Notes: a model not told the origin generated them from the letters alone. Shown: positions 11,322 through 25,126, counted from the whole stretch's first letter. The stretch is 59,484 nucleotides of DNA, filler included, from Sphacelaria rigidula (GCA_964200075.2; 4 parts of 4 records of this genome joined end to end with filler, not necessarily neighbours in it), one strand, 5' to 3'. Program-made: numbers and translations.

Positions 11322-12180
11322 GCTATTTCCGTGTCCGCGAGAAACTCTTTTCACGATTCAATTATGTCATGCACTAGCGGGACTGTACTGCACGTTCGTA
11401 CTGCCTGTAAATGATAACTCGGCGGAACATTTACTGTAGTATGCTCGCGCTCAAACAGTCACCACTCCCACCCTACTATTCGGTGCAACACAGTAGTGTA
11501 GTGCAACCGTGCAGAGAGAAGTGCACACAGCTTGGGCGTACAGGTACTGTTGTGCTGTATAGCCTACAGACACAAACTGAGCAGATACGAGACTCTCTCA
11601 TACTTTATTCAGGATATGTGGGGCGACTAGGAAGACATATCGCACCAAGTACTGAACACTGAACACTAGAGGTATCCCGAACTCGAGGTTGCTGGCATAC
11701 TTGACAGTAATTTGCTGTTGAACACACCGGGAAGGTTGATTTTGAGATACGAGTGCGTCTACTGAACGCCCAGTGTGAACCAGGAATCCGGTTTCAAGGA
11801 CGGCCCTGCCGAACGGTGCTCTCTTCAAAATTTTCGGCCGACTCTGTTGTGTATTCGACACAACGCCCATACATGAGGATGAGTTTTTGAAGTGAAATGT
11901 GAAGTTCAACCAATCAGAGGCCCTTCAGTGAGGAATCGGCGGAATCTAGCGCCAGTACAATACGACCTTCGTAGTGAATTATGGAGTGAAAACTGCTTGT
12001 GATAGGCTCGGAGGCTCGAGTCACACCTGTACTGTAGTGTACGGCGGGATGGATAGATCAGCAGCACAGAAACGGAGCTGCAAGCAGACACCGAGTGACA
12101 CATTGTGGGTCATTGCGATGCTCGTGCATCAGTGTATCCCCATCTTAGTATGGCTGGTTGTGTCTTTCCGTGGTCGTCAG

Positions 12181-12372
12181 CGCTGGCGCCGGTGCTAGCA
12201 GCAGCAGCCGTCATGCGCAATACCCTGGCGGTGCAGTATATCCGCACTGTGCTGTGCGTTGCTCGTTTCATCGGAGCATGGGGTCTGGTCCAGCCAATCG
12301 AGTGGTGTATACTGGTTCTGGTTGTGTGCCTTTACCCAGCCATGTTCGGTATCGCGCAAGTCATGGGTCCGG
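12181..12372 (+). CDS. Possible internal exon encoding hydrophobic segments (unknown protein)
   Basis: CGTCAG| ... CCGG|GTAACA; open frame LAPVLAAAAVMRNTLAVQYIRTVLCVARFIGAWGLVQPIEWCILVLVVCLYPAMFGIAQVMGP. No partner exons were identified. Confidence 0.3.
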
Positions 12373-14357
12373 GTAACATGAAGTTCTCCAACAGTCAAGT
12401 GTGTAGACAGCACTGCGTCCGGACTGATATTATACAGAAGGACGAACACAACAATACAGCACCTGAGGCAAGCCTGAGGACCCGTTTAAAATCAGCCGAA
12501 GAACTGAAACATGAGACATGTCCTGTTCCACTGTACTGCAGCACAAACACGCTCAGGTCCGCTCTCATGTGCTGTAGCTATCACTGTTTTGTGGTGTGTT
12601 GTGAACCTTGCGAAGACGGTTTGGTCTCCCCTGAGATTGCTTGATGTGTTTGCTGGGTGCCGATCTTGAACGCTCGGACAGAATCGCGCTTCGCGCAAAT
12701 AATTTAATGTCTTACTTCAAAGTACAAATATCCCCATGTATGTGTCCTGTGTAGTGTATTCTCTTGAATTGGCAGCAGGAAACTCATTCAACAAACGTCC
12801 TTTCAGCGTCAACATGTTGCGGACCACAATACGTGACTGCAAGAAAAACATGATGACTCGTGGTAACCTATCTTCCGTCCGTTTTGCATGTTTCTATGAT
12901 TTGAGAATCATGCATGTATTTCTGTAGTTTGGCTTGCTGTTGAACACGATGGCGTCAGCGCGTCCCACAGAAAACTGATTTGCGGTTGCTGTGGACAAAA
13001 CTTTTCAAATTGAAATCTCAGCACCCAACACGAACGAAAGAAGTTCCGATATTGCTTCAATGAGCCAACACACACACACCACCCACGAGGGTAAAGGTTA
13101 TATTATTTTTATTGAGAGGCGAGCTGTTATCAAACACAACAGAGGGAACAGGGAGATTACAGGGTTGGAGAGGAATCGATCACACTGCTGTGTGTGCGTT
13201 TTGGGAAAACCGTCATGCGGGCCTCGACAAAAAGTGCGGGGTTTCCCACACGGTATTCGCGAATTCTCGCAAAACCTGAAAAGCCGTTGCCTCTAATCTC
13301 GAATCTTCTCCCGTCCTGTTTTGGTCCGCAGTTTCCGTTCACTCAGCGAATTTACCTCCCCATGAATACATTTTTGCGCATGAGGAACATAAGGTGCTGT
13401 CGCTGATTTGTCGCAAGAGACTACTGCTCGCAACGTACTTCATCACAGCACAGGGGCCGAATGAGGGTACATAGGGACAGACGCACCGCATGTTTCAGTA
13501 TCTACCCGTCAAATTTCCAGCGCATGCGGACAGGGGATACATACAGTACAGTAAGTAATAATACTGCCTGTACTCTGTAGAGTGCTACACGACTCACGAC
13601 CTACAAATTAAGCATGTGGTGCAACGACGTACCACCACCAGAGATGAGAAGCTGTGCCATTTCTAAACTAGTCCATAGAAATACAATGCTCCTCACACAA
13701 GAAATGAACTCAATACTGTTCCAACGAGGCGATAACAAGCCATGCCAGAGTACAAGATGTCCAAAAAGACGAAAACAAATGCCTTGTCTCCGCAAGAGCG
13801 GATAGTACACAAACAGTAGTGCTGCAGTCCTTACTGTTCGAACAGGCGGCACCCCCACAATAAACAACCACACAGCAGCGCCAGCAGTAGAGGCAGAGGC
13901 AATAGCAGAGGTAGAAGTAGCAGCGATAAGTATAGTATTATCATGTGTGTGCACTCACTGGTTAGTTAACAGGACCTGTCCAGCCTCAAGCGAGCGCACC
14001 ACCTTCAGCACCAAAGCTGTCTGTAGCTGAATATTGAGTGTTGCTTTTACCTGCGAAACCCTTCATGCGTTGTTTGCGAATGGAGGATAAGGGGTAGGGA
14101 ATCATTTCCCCTCATTTGGTATTTGCGGGTTCTCTTTGGAAGCGCTTGGACAATAATTCAGGTATCGCTGTTCGTCTGTTCCGCTGTAAACAACGCGCAC
14201 ACTTTAAATATCTCCGGAATCCGGAATATGATATTTCTTTTGCACACCGACGTACAGATCTTAACACTGAACAATCCCTTTAAAGGTGTGTCTTCCATCA
14301 ACTCTGGCGTGACGTTGTGTCTTCCATCGGCCAAAATACGTAGACTGGTGATGCCGC

Positions 14358-14690
14358 GCCCCGGTGGTGTAATAATGGTCCGACTGTCGCCATTAGAGTG
14401 AAGAGAACGGGGGTTCGATTCCCGGTGTGTTGGGTTTTTTCTTCATGTTTGATTTCCACCGTGGAAAGCGTAAGCACGTACGTGAGTAACCAAAAGTAGT
14501 CGACTCGGTTTGTGTGACGTGAGTTGACGCGATGCGGGAGTGTGCTGACCCAATCCGCGAGACCAAAATGAAAAGGAACGTACGGGGGGAGAGATGGGTT
14601 GATCTCTTGAGACCACGGTCTCATCCCGAGGAACGGGAAGGGTTCAAAGTGTGAGCAAGGATCTGTCGAGCGAAAAATTACGGACACGTA
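14358..14690 (+). mobile_element. tRNA-derived SINE
   Basis: A-box-like TGGTGTAATAATGG and B-box GGTTCGATTCCC (14412-14423), followed by a body shared with 6730-6910 and 32620-32785. Confidence 0.7.
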
Positions 14691-14691
14691 G

Positions 14692-14742
<51 letters not shown>

Positions 14743-14744
14743 TA

Positions 14745-14783
<39 letters not shown>

Positions 14784-14799
14784 TTTCTTTTTATAAAAA

Positions 14800-14899
14800 N
14801 NNNNNNNNNNNNNNNNNNNNNNNNNNNNNNNNNNNNNNNNNNNTTAATTAATTAANNNNNNNNNNNNNNNNNNNNNNNNNNNNNNNNNNNNNNNNNNNN
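14800..14899. other. Artificial contig spacer
   Basis: 44 N + TTAATTAATTAA (stops in all six frames) + 44 N. Confidence 0.97.
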
Positions 14900-15279
14900 T
14901 GGTCCGTGGAACTTGTGCTGGGTGGCTCATAGAGGTTGAAGGTGTTGTTGGTGGCGGCGGGGCACCCGGTGTGGTACGGGCGGCGGACCGGGAGCGTGTG
15001 TTGTCGGAGATAAGGTGGGTGACTGGGGGTGTCTCCGCGAAGAGTTTTGCGCGAGTGCCGAAAGTGCAAAAATCGACGAAATCGGGGGTAGTGGGTTTTA
15101 ATCCACCCAAGACGGCGTCATATGGTAGAGGGCGAGGTCCTCCCATATGCATACCTGTTTCCGGGCACTGGAGGTCGAGAGCGTAATCGGGCGTTGAAGA
15201 ACGTCGGATCGCGTAAATGTCGGGTTCATCGGGTTCCGTTAAACGGCAAGCTGGGCTGGAGTCTGCGGCCGTAGGCGGC

Positions 15280-17700
15280 AGAGGCAGGCGGGAAAGAAGA
15301 TCCGCGTTCCCGTTGGTTTTACCTGGACGGTGCTTAATGGTATACTGGTATGCTGTTAGAAACTCCAACCATCATTGTACACGAGGGTTGTGTTCACCAA
15401 CCTTAGCGAGTTGTTCAAGTGCTCCGTGATCCGTATAGATCTCGAAGGGCACGTGAAACAGATATTGTCGAAGGCGCTTAATGGCCCAAGTGATTACTCC
15501 ACCTTCCAGTTCTAGCGGGCTTCAATTGACCTCGTCGGGCAGGGTAGCGCGGCTGATATAAAGGATGGGTCGGACAGAGCCATCAAGCTGAGGTTGATTC
15601 AAAACTCCTCCAAATCCATTTGTGCTGGCGTCAGTATGGAGTTGCAAAAGGCGGGAGCCTTCTTGTACTGCCTCCCAATCAAGAAAGCAAAGTACGGGCT
15701 TTTCGGTAAGCGTCTTCAGTAATTCGCGGGTGATAGTCTCCATTTCTGTGGTGAAAGAAAACACAGCTCCTTCCTTCAGTAGATCAGTAAGGGGGTGAAT
15801 CCGTTTCGATAAATTCGGCAAAAAATTGCGGTAGTAGGATAGCCCACCCAACAATGAGCGAAGTTGAGAAATGCTAGTTGGCATCGGCAAATCAGTCATC
15901 GCCTTGGCTTTGTTTGTATCCGGATGCAGGCCTGCTGGCGAAATGGAATGCCCCAAGAGGTCCAACTTAGTCGCGCCAAGGCGAGCTTTGGATGGAGACA
16001 GTTTCAAATCGTGCGTACGTAGGCGAGAGAGAAATTCTCGTAGAGTGCGTATATGTGCAATAGGTGAGGCATCGAAAGCGATAGCGTCATCCCAGTATAT
16101 GCTGATGTGCTCGAGGCCCTCGGTGACGCGTTGTATTAAGCGTTGAAAGCATCCCAGGACAGTAGCGGCGCCTTGTGGCATCCGAAGCCACTCATAGAGT
16201 CCGGAAGAGGTGCAAAACGCCGTCAGTGGGACTGTGTCAGGGTTTATAGCATTCTGGGAAAATCCAGAGGCAAGGTCGAAGGTGCTGAATATTTTGCCTT
16301 CGCCTAAGGAGTCGAAGACTTCATCAATGCGGGGAGTCGGAAGTTTACCGACGACAGTGACGCGGTTCAACCGCTGATAATTCACGGTGACGCGTATGTT
16401 CCCATCCTTTTTGGGGACGACCACAAGTGGCGAGGCCCAAGGAGAGGAGAAATGTTGTATTAGTCCCGCTCCCAAATACGCATCCAAGATGGCGTTAACT
16501 TTCTTGGGAAGGATTGAGTTGGTACGGTATGGCCGAGAAGAAATCGGCGAGACACCGGGTTGGAGGTTAACTTCAAGGGGCAGTGTTTTGCAATGCCCAA
16601 GATCCGTCTTGGATCGGGAAAATCGGTCTTGGTACTGTAGCAGGACATCACTGAGTTCTTGGATGACTGCCGGTTCCCAGCCGGGCCCATGAAGGTCAAA
16701 ATTGATGTCGCGCATGTGTGGCGGCAGTTGGTTCTACACGTGCAAGAAACTATTCCGAGAATCTGGTGATAAGCGTTGAAGCACTTCAGCAGGAGGATCG
16801 AAATTTGACTGGGCAGGATCCACGGTGTGGACCTGCGGTGGAATCGCAGAGGTGAGGTCGAAATAGGGTTCATCGACACAATGGGCTGACTCCGCCGGAG
16901 ATGCGGCGTTTGGCGCGGCAGGCTCTGTGACGCACGTCTCGAGTGGGATGTGCATCAGGGGAGCAGCGGCGGTTCCTAAAACATCGCCGGGTTCCAACTT
17001 AGCATGGCCCGTAAGAGGGAGGAGTTGTTGTCCCGTCGACACAAAATGTTCTGTATCGGCTGGTGCGCCAATACGGGGTAATATTTCGGCAAGATCATGG
17101 CCCGTAAGTGCTGGCATTCCATTTCGGCAAACTAGTGCAACTTCGAGAAGTTGGGGGTCGTCGGAGAGTGTAATACCCACGCTACCGTTATATCGTAGGT
17201 GGTAAGCAGCTCCGGCTGCTTGGGGATTCTTTTGATAACCCAGGGCGCCGTGGAGAGTACCGAAGTGCTCGAGTTTGAATTCTCCACGCGGCGTGGAATG
17301 TGGCGTTTGTGGTGGAAGCGTGCGGTAGGTGCGTTTATTAAACCGCATATAGCTGTATCTGCCCAATAATATGGCGTGATGCATTGTGCTGTCGGGGACA
17401 ATGTATGCCCAGACTGCCAGGCTGGCAGATCGAGCGGTGTTGTGAAAGAATTGCACACTGAGTCGTACGGATTAACGTGTCGTCAGTGGTGCGGCAGAAT
17501 CACCAAAACCGCCCCACACGCGAGGTTTGGTGGTGGTTTCGCAAGCTGTAGTAGCAGTGCCAGTCTGTTTCACGTCTTTCCATCTTGATTCTGGAACACA
17601 TGTTTGCGGGCTGCCGCTGTCCAACAAGGATTCGCATTTCGTAAGCGTGATAGCGTTTGGACCGGAATGGATCGCAACGCGAGAAGTGAAAGTGGCCGGA
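15280..17700 (-). pseudogene. pol: Gypsy pol: aspartic protease (LLDSGSPQT), RT (SPWASPLVVVPKKDGNIR, FDLASGF, MPQG, IYWDD), RNase H (TDAST, YTDH, NADLLSRLP)
   Basis: ORFs 17472-17915, 16734-17456, 15522-16715 and 14844-15368. In-frame TAG/TGA stops at about 16734, 15522 and 15372. Confidence 0.93.
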
Positions 17701-19074
17701 TCTACAGACACCTTTACCGCCGACAATATCCGGACCGCGTTCCGGCAAGGTAAACTGGTCGGGGTCAGCGGGGCTGACAGGAAAAACGCACGGCGGGTGA
17801 TCCGCCGGTGGGTTAGATGTCTCACCAGAGAACGGGGTGGACGGCATATTATTTCCAGGTGTGGCACGGTCATTGGCGATTTCGTAAATGATTGTCTTTG
17901 GTTGACAGGGATCACCGTCGAAGGGGGATCCAGAATGTGCGGGGCTGGAGTCGTCGATTGAAGAAGTAGTGTCGTCAGAATTAGGTGATTCTGTTTCTTC
18001 CCGGATACTTGATAGAGCCGTCGAACTCAAAGTCGTTGCATTTTGGGGAGATTGAGGTGGAGGATTTCTGCTCGAAAGAGGTGTACGTAATGATGCACGC
18101 GCGTCCTTGGGGCATGCTTACGAGACTTTCTTTTTTGCCGTGACAAAGGTCGGGGAACTTCCAAAACATTTGAGGGATGAAACCACAAGTGCATCCAGTT
18201 GCGTGGATGGGATTAGCACCGAGACATGAAGGAGCGAAACTTGTGGGCTGCTTTCCGTAGTCAAGCTTGGCTGTTGGGGCATAGCCGAAGATATATTAGG
18301 GCGGTTGTTAGTATAACCGGCCGAAGGTAGGTCCGTGCGTGTTGAAAATCGCGAGGAAGGAGCTCGATCCAACTGATTGGGAATTACATGATCCGATGTG
18401 GTCAAGTTCAAATCAGCAACACTTGGATCAGCTGAAAAAGGCTTTATAATACCTGTGCGTACGGTCGCTGAGGGAAGCCTTTGCCTCAGGGACTGGCGGT
18501 TGGTCTTCCCACACCTCTGACATATACTCGGCACTGAAGGACCAAGTTCAAAGCCGGGTGTAGGTCTGAGTCGCGGGGTGACACAACTGTTACGCGGTGT
18601 GTGCAGGGGTGAAGACGGGGGTCGATATAAACGGCCGTCAGTTGCACTCCTGCATAGTGCCAGGAGAGCCGGGTGGACACTCTTAGTCGCGGGCTCTGCG
18701 GGCTGTGTTGAAACGTTTGTGGAGGTTGGAGACGCGGGTCGACATGAATGGTCGTCAGTTACGCTCCTGGATAGTGCCGGGGGAGTCGAGTGAGCAATTT
18801 TACACACGAACTCCGCGGGCTGTGTTGAGAAAGTCTTCGCTCATGCTATCGGCGGCGTGGAAGACCGAAGAGCGCCGGCGTCGGCACATCATGGATCTAA
18901 GCGATCCGTAGTGAAGGTACCTGGGTTTCTTGTGTTGGAATTAGAGCTTTGTGTTGGTCCCGTCCGCTGGTGTCTATCAGCGGAACGTTTGTGGTCGCGA
19001 AAATTTTGATCGTTCTGGCGAGGGTTTCGGTGATTGTTGTTTTGTCGGTGACCGCGGTTAGAGCTTTTGTTGCC

Positions 19075-19428
19075 ACGTTGGTTCAAATTGTTACGGTAAT
19101 TTCGATTAGGTGGACGGTGGTCGCGCATGCGTTTTTGCCATCGGCGCCACGCGGGATCATTGCTTCGTGCAAGGGAGTCTGCCAGCCCTCTACCCAGTCG
19201 GAATCTTCGAAACGTTGTATGCCAGTCACATCCGCCAAGTGAAGAATGTTACGTTGGTTCGAATTGTTACGGTAATTTCGATTAGGTGGACGGTAGTCGC
19301 GCATGCGGTTTTGCCATCGGCGCCACGCGGGATCATTGTTTTGTGCAAGGGAGTCTGTCAGCCCTCTACCCAGTCAGAATCTTCGAAACGTTGTGTGCCA
19401 GTCACATCCGCCAAGTGAAGAATGTTAC
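19075..19428. repeat. Tandem duplication, 2 x 176 bp, inside the Gypsy ORF1 region
   Basis: ACGTTGGTTC(A/G)AATTGTTACGG starts at 19075 and 19251; the copies are nearly identical. Confidence 0.9.
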
Positions 19429-22400
19429 AAATAGTACGGCGGGTGGACGTGATGAGGGCAGAACTAAACCGGCCGGAACCTCCGTTATGCGCAGCTGGCA
19501 TGGTTTCGATGTGCCAGATTTTTTTCAATACTATCTGATTATATTGTCTCTGTATTGCAGCTACTCCGGCAGACTCAGCTCTATCGGAAGCTGCTTTTTT
19601 GCTAGCTTCGGAACGTTCCTTGTGAGCCGCAGCGGTTGCTCAGGCGCGGGCTGCAGTAGAAGACAAAGGACGGTCAGGTGTTTCTGCATGGGTTAAACCT
19701 AAACTGGGGGCCGAAACATCAGGCAATTTAGGGATCACTTGCCTGGGGGTCGCTGAGCCCGAGGGGGAAGGTCTGTACAAGACCGGTTCCAGCCCGTTGC
19801 GGATGAACCGGAAGAGTTACCTCCGGGGTTCTTGCGGTGCGGTTTGCGAGGCGGGCGGATCGGTCCGGAACCGCCCGAAGAGGATCCCACACCGCTATGG
19901 CGGCGGCGTGAAATCCCTCCGTCGCTGTCGTCGTCATCGCACCTGTGATTCTTCTTCTGACCCCGGCAATTGAATGTCGCGGGAGTCCACCTATCTTCAT
20001 CTTCATCTGCATCGATGGTGGCGCCGGGATGAGTGTTGTAGGCGGCGTGAAGCGCCGCAAAAAGTTGGATGACCGCGGCAACGTGAATTTGGTGTTCCCG
20101 GTGATTGCCAATGGTTGTTCGCAGAACCAGTTGGCCCAAGGTGAGCATTGGGGCGCCCTCTTCGAGGATGAAGTCGTTCTGGTCGACCTAAAATTCTATA
20201 GCAAAAAACAGTCGCTGTGACACTAGGGCTCATGCGTTGCTGGAGCAATGAAGGTGATTTCGGCGTTGGAAGGGACCGGTACAGGTGGCCACGGGACGAG
20301 AAAGCCACTCTCGTTCGTGGGACACCAGTTGCAAGTCTCATGCAGAAACGGCATTCGTCGCCGAGCTAGCTCCATGAGGTGGCGGTGTTGGAGCCGTCGT
20401 GGGGGCAGCAACGGCCGCAGCAGACGACCTTATGTCGGACTTGCGAGGTATGACATAAGTAGATCTGTTGGACGTTTGCTGGCGAGGCTGGCGGACGCTG
20501 AGCAAGTGACCTGCGGAAGACGGAGAGGGTTGATGGTCAGACAACCGTGCCACCGACGAGTCCGCTTCTTGAGCCGTTCGCCGGACATGGTCTTCATGCT
20601 CGTGCACCCGTCTCTGGGCTGCCATGATTGCAGTACGGCCCTCCTTCAGCGCTCGTTCCGCCGCCGTGCTCGTGCATCGAGCATGGGAGGCCTGCCGCTG
20701 AATTTCCTTGAGCTTTTATGCGTGGTCCTCCAGAAGGAGGCGGGCAGCGGCGGCGTTAGCGTCGCGTTGCTGATCAAGGATGTGTTGTGCTGATGTAGGT
20801 GCCTGTGACGCATAGTCATCAATTAGCTGCAGCTGTTCCGCACGGGGGCGGTTTGTGAACAGCCTCAAAAGTAGGCCGGTCGGGCAGCGCTCGTCGCCAA
20901 GTGGAGGGAGAATCTCCACGGATGGGGGCGAGCGCACGGGGACAGTGGTTGAACCACTATCGTCGTCCATGTCAACGGCAGACGGAACGGCGGCGGTTAA
21001 AGGAGCAGCGGCCACGGTAGCGGTAGCAGTAGCTGCAGTGGTTGCGGCAGTGGTTGCGGCAGTGGTTGCTGCGGGAACGCCAGAGGGCTCCGTGGTGCCT
21101 TTGGCGAGAGCGGCTGCGGATCTTGTGAGTTCATGGTTGATAGTTGTTGCTCGAATAATCGCAGCACCGGAGCGGGACGGTGGATCGTGGTCAGTGCGGG
21201 GTCGTCGGTTTTGCGATGAGGTGCGGCCGCATCCTTAAGTAGAGGAGTCCAGAGCCGGTGACATGTCTGAAAATATGTTTTGGATATCATCAGCATGTAC
21301 AGTGTTATCATTTCGTACATGACGGCGGTGTGGCAGATTCGGAGCAGGAGAGGTGCGCGAGGGTGCATGATCGGTGTTATTCGAGCGCCAGTGAACGCGC
21401 GGAGAACTTGATCTGTGCCGCAAGGCATCCTCGTGAGTACGTTCACGTTTAGCATTCACCGGGCCCTTCTGAGCGCGCGATGAAGTGGAACTGTGACGTG
21501 AACTACCGTCATAAGTGTAACCATGAGTGACGTTCTTCGGGCGTGTAGAAACGCGCGATGAATTCAAGCTTTGCTGGGAGTTGCCCTTAGAACTGCCAGA
21601 ACGGGAGACGTGGTCGTGACCAAGTCTCAGTGTGCGGCGCCGGTCAGAAGCGCGAGTATGACTCTGGTGTGAAGTTGAGGAAGGGCTGGACTCATGTTCC
21701 TTGAATTTGTCATGAGTGATGAACGGAGAGCGCGATGTCGCCGAACGGGGCGCCAAACGTACGGGTTTGTGCGTGGCAGGTGCAGAATCATCATTGAATT
21801 GCACGTGAGCAGACGCCGATTGATCTTGGAGCGTGGCGTGGCAAAAAGCCGTGAATGCTTCGATGAGAGCTGGTGCTGGCGAGGGCGATAACTCCGATGA
21901 GGTGCGATGCAGAGTTTGCATGGCAGCATTCATGGCCGCAACTGCCGGTCCGACATTGGACTGCGCAGTAGGGCGCACGGGACTATTGAGAGTCGTGCGA
22001 AGGGGGTCCGTAACGGAAGCAGTCCGCGTGACAAAGTCTCTTGCTCCAGGAGCGATACGCTTCGTCGGGACAGAATCGTCTCGAGAGTTGTCAGCCGTAA
22101 GCGACGGGGTGCCACGGTTGAAGCAACCGTTACAGGGCTAAGCTGGACACGTGGGTCCAGGGGCAACGACTCAGCTGGGGGCACAACCCTGACTTCGGAT
22201 TCCACATTGGGATTCGGAAGAACAGAACGCAGCAAGGGGGGTGCAACGGAACCCACCGTTATGGATTCACGGACATGTCCGTCGGGAACCGATGACTCAG
22301 CCGGTCGCACTACCTTGTTCTCTGAGTCCGAGTCGGAACGTGAGAAAACAGGTCTCGGCGTCATAGTCTTGTCTTCAAGCCTTGAAGGATGAGCATCGCT

Positions 22401-24498
22401 CGAAGGTTGGTCTTCAGATCCCGGAGATTGAAGAGCGCTCGCATACGTGCGGCGATGAGTTGAAGGTGACGTGACGCTCGTATTAAAAGATGTCGAACCG
22501 CTAGTAGTTTGACTCCGGGTCCGACGAAGCGATTGGTTTCCCAATTATGGGGAAGAGCCAGCAGTATTTCTGTGCGACATGATAATCGTACGCAACTTGT
22601 GTGCTTAAGAAGGCAGGGGCAGTGCGTCTGGTTTGCGGCTCTAATCAAAGGAGCGTGACACCAAGAGATGCCACGTGCAAAGGCCGAAGCTTGTATCCGG
22701 AAATACGGGACGATGGAGCCTATTAGCGCCTGAGGGGACCTTGGGACCTGATTTACTTGAGTATATTTATTCAAGCGAATTGCTGTATGTAACAACTATG
22801 TCCGGGGTCTGGTTAACCCTTTTGGGACCGGACCCCCACTATCACAGGGTTGACTCTGTGTTCGTGAAATAATTCAAAATATGTCTTCTAGCGACCTGCC
22901 CAATCACGGCGTGGCGAAATTTATGGACCAGATCTGAACGACCAGCGTGGGGATTGTTGTCGAGTGTGCTGCCACTGCAAAGGTCGTGTGGGGGCCTTAT
23001 CCCTGACCCAGATAAGCCTTCCCAGGTTTCCAAGTGCAGGGTGGTCGCAGTTTGGTTTTATGGTATTACTTGCACTTAGTATACCGTTCCCGAGTTTTTC
23101 CGGAGTGTTTTTTGGGTCTTAATTTTAAACTAAAACGTAGTAATTTCCACTAACACAGAGTGGACCGAAAAAAAACGGGAAGGAGTGTACATGCTACCAT
23201 ATGGTCATTTTCACGAGGCACAAAATCCAGGTGGGCTGTGGAAAGCTAAGAGGAGCTACCGTAATGAATTCTGCGTATCCCTCTGCCGATGACTTGCAGT
23301 GTACAGTCCACGTGTATGTAGTGGACGGGGAGGACAAAGCTGTATATAGATAGCTGATTTCGGTAGCTGAGAATTGCCCAGAGCGTGCAAGGGAGTATGC
23401 AGCGGCAGCTGATGCTTCAGTTGGAGGGACGTACTACACTGTGCTGCACTATTATATACTCTTATATGCATGCGCGCCGCAACGCTGGTAATCTTCGAAG
23501 ATAATTTGCCGCATGCAACAAGGGAGGAAATGGCGGCCCACCCCGACCACAAAGGGCTGTATGGCAAGGTGGTGGGGACAAGAGTATTATCCAAAGCCAC
23601 CAGTGGCGGGCGGCTCGCCGGTCGCCGCATCTTGTTAGAAGCTCTCTACCACGACCCATACTGCTTGCTACATCAGATGTACACCACCTAATGCGCACCC
23701 TGCACATGAAAATAGATTGGATGAAACTTTCGGTCTTCATCACGACCCTGCGGTTACATACTACGCGGAGTTTCAGCAACACGCCACTGTTTCGTGCAGA
23801 CGCCAGACACGTCATTCCTGACCAGCCTCATTAGTCGTTCTGGAGACCCGGTCCCAAAAGGGTCAATACAACTTATATAAGTTGTGGCGGTAATAACTAT
23901 CAACGGAGCTCGGGATTGCGCACAGAACAGACGGATGTCGTCGAAGAAACGCGAATACCCGATTGTCTGCAGCAGCGTTGGTACGTGAAAGTCGTACAAA
24001 TTACACGTGTTCCGGGTGTGGCGTCACGGGCAGACTATAACTGCATTATCCCGGCACAAGCTGAGGAGCGACTGGCGGTGTACAATGTTTATTTGGTTTT
24101 TCAAATGAGCACCAAAATTGTGCAGCGTGAGGCAGCACAAAAGCTTTCATAAAGCTTAGGATGTAGACCGCGAAATCGGACTGCGTAGTGCAGGGCGAAG
24201 GCTTGTTACACAACGGAGTTGAGGCAACGTAAGTACGTGAAACAAAGGTGACGTTGTGCACAACAGGGGCAACGCAGAGAGCGGGTGCCGAAAACAATGT
24301 AGTGCACAGGCAACGGGCACTGGTTTCGAGTGCTGTCTGCTCCAAGTGGGCACGTAACGTAGGTTTGGAATGTTTCAAACGAGTAATATCACAACGAAAC
24401 CGTCTCGGAACAATTAATGTTCTTTTTCGTTCGAAAGAGGGTCAAATGAGGAAAAACGCACAGTTCGTTGTGCTGTGTATCATTACTTACCACGGTGA

Positions 24499-25126
24499 TG
24501 TACCGCGTTGTTCTACGGCTGTGCGAAGTACAGAAGAGGACAACAACAGCAAAGTAGCTGCAAGCAACGAAGTTAAAGTGCCGGAACGGGTCCAAATCTC
24601 GTGTACAGATGCCCGTGGCCCCTTTGTGGGAGCACGGGTTATATTGGTTCAGTAGTTTGGTGAAGGAAAGATACAACGGTCGCGTACAATCGATCCTAGA
24701 AATATAAGAGCAACAGAGTACTGACTTGACTAGGAGCTCAGGTCAGGGACAGCGGCTGACTATGAGCAACAGTGCGCCTTGTGCACTGGTGTTCTGTACA
24801 AACCTGTAGTAGTGTACCGCGATGCTCTACGGCTGCGCGAAGTACAGAAGAGGACAACAACAACAAAGTAGCTACAAGCAACGAAGTTAAAGTGCCGGAA
24901 CGGGTCCAAATCTCGTGTACAGATGTCCGTGGCCCCTTTGTGGGAGCACGGGTTGTATTGGTTCAGTAATTTGGTGAAGAAAAGATACAACGGTCGCGTA
25001 CAATCGATCCTAGAAATATAAGAGCAACAGAGTGCTGACTTGGCTAGGAGCTCAGGTCAGAGACAGCGGCTGACTATGAGCAACAGTGCGCCTTGTGCAC
25101 TGGTGTTCTGTACAAACCTGTAGTAG
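24499..25126. repeat. Tandem duplication, 2 x 314 bp
   Basis: TGTACCGCG at 24499 and 24813; both copies end CAAACCTGTAGTAG. Confidence 0.92.

Larger units (their letters stand above)
14900..22560 (-). mobile_element. Decayed Ty3/Gypsy LTR retrotransposon, truncated by the contig edge before the integrase
   Basis: Domain order PR-RT-RNaseH on the minus strand. The upstream ~4.8 kb is broken Ser/Pro/Arg-rich ORFs on the same strand, with a degenerate CCHC-like remnant near 18643-18680. The 5' boundary is approximate. Confidence 0.85.

Noticed and set aside
14358-14430. tRNA gene
   Set aside because: Has A/B boxes but no convincing cloverleaf and continues into a dispersed repeat body; treated as a SINE.
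22545-22565. Gypsy primer-binding site (TGGCTCTTCCCC on the minus strand)
   Set aside because: Not preceded by an LTR-ending CA and no tRNA match could be confirmed.
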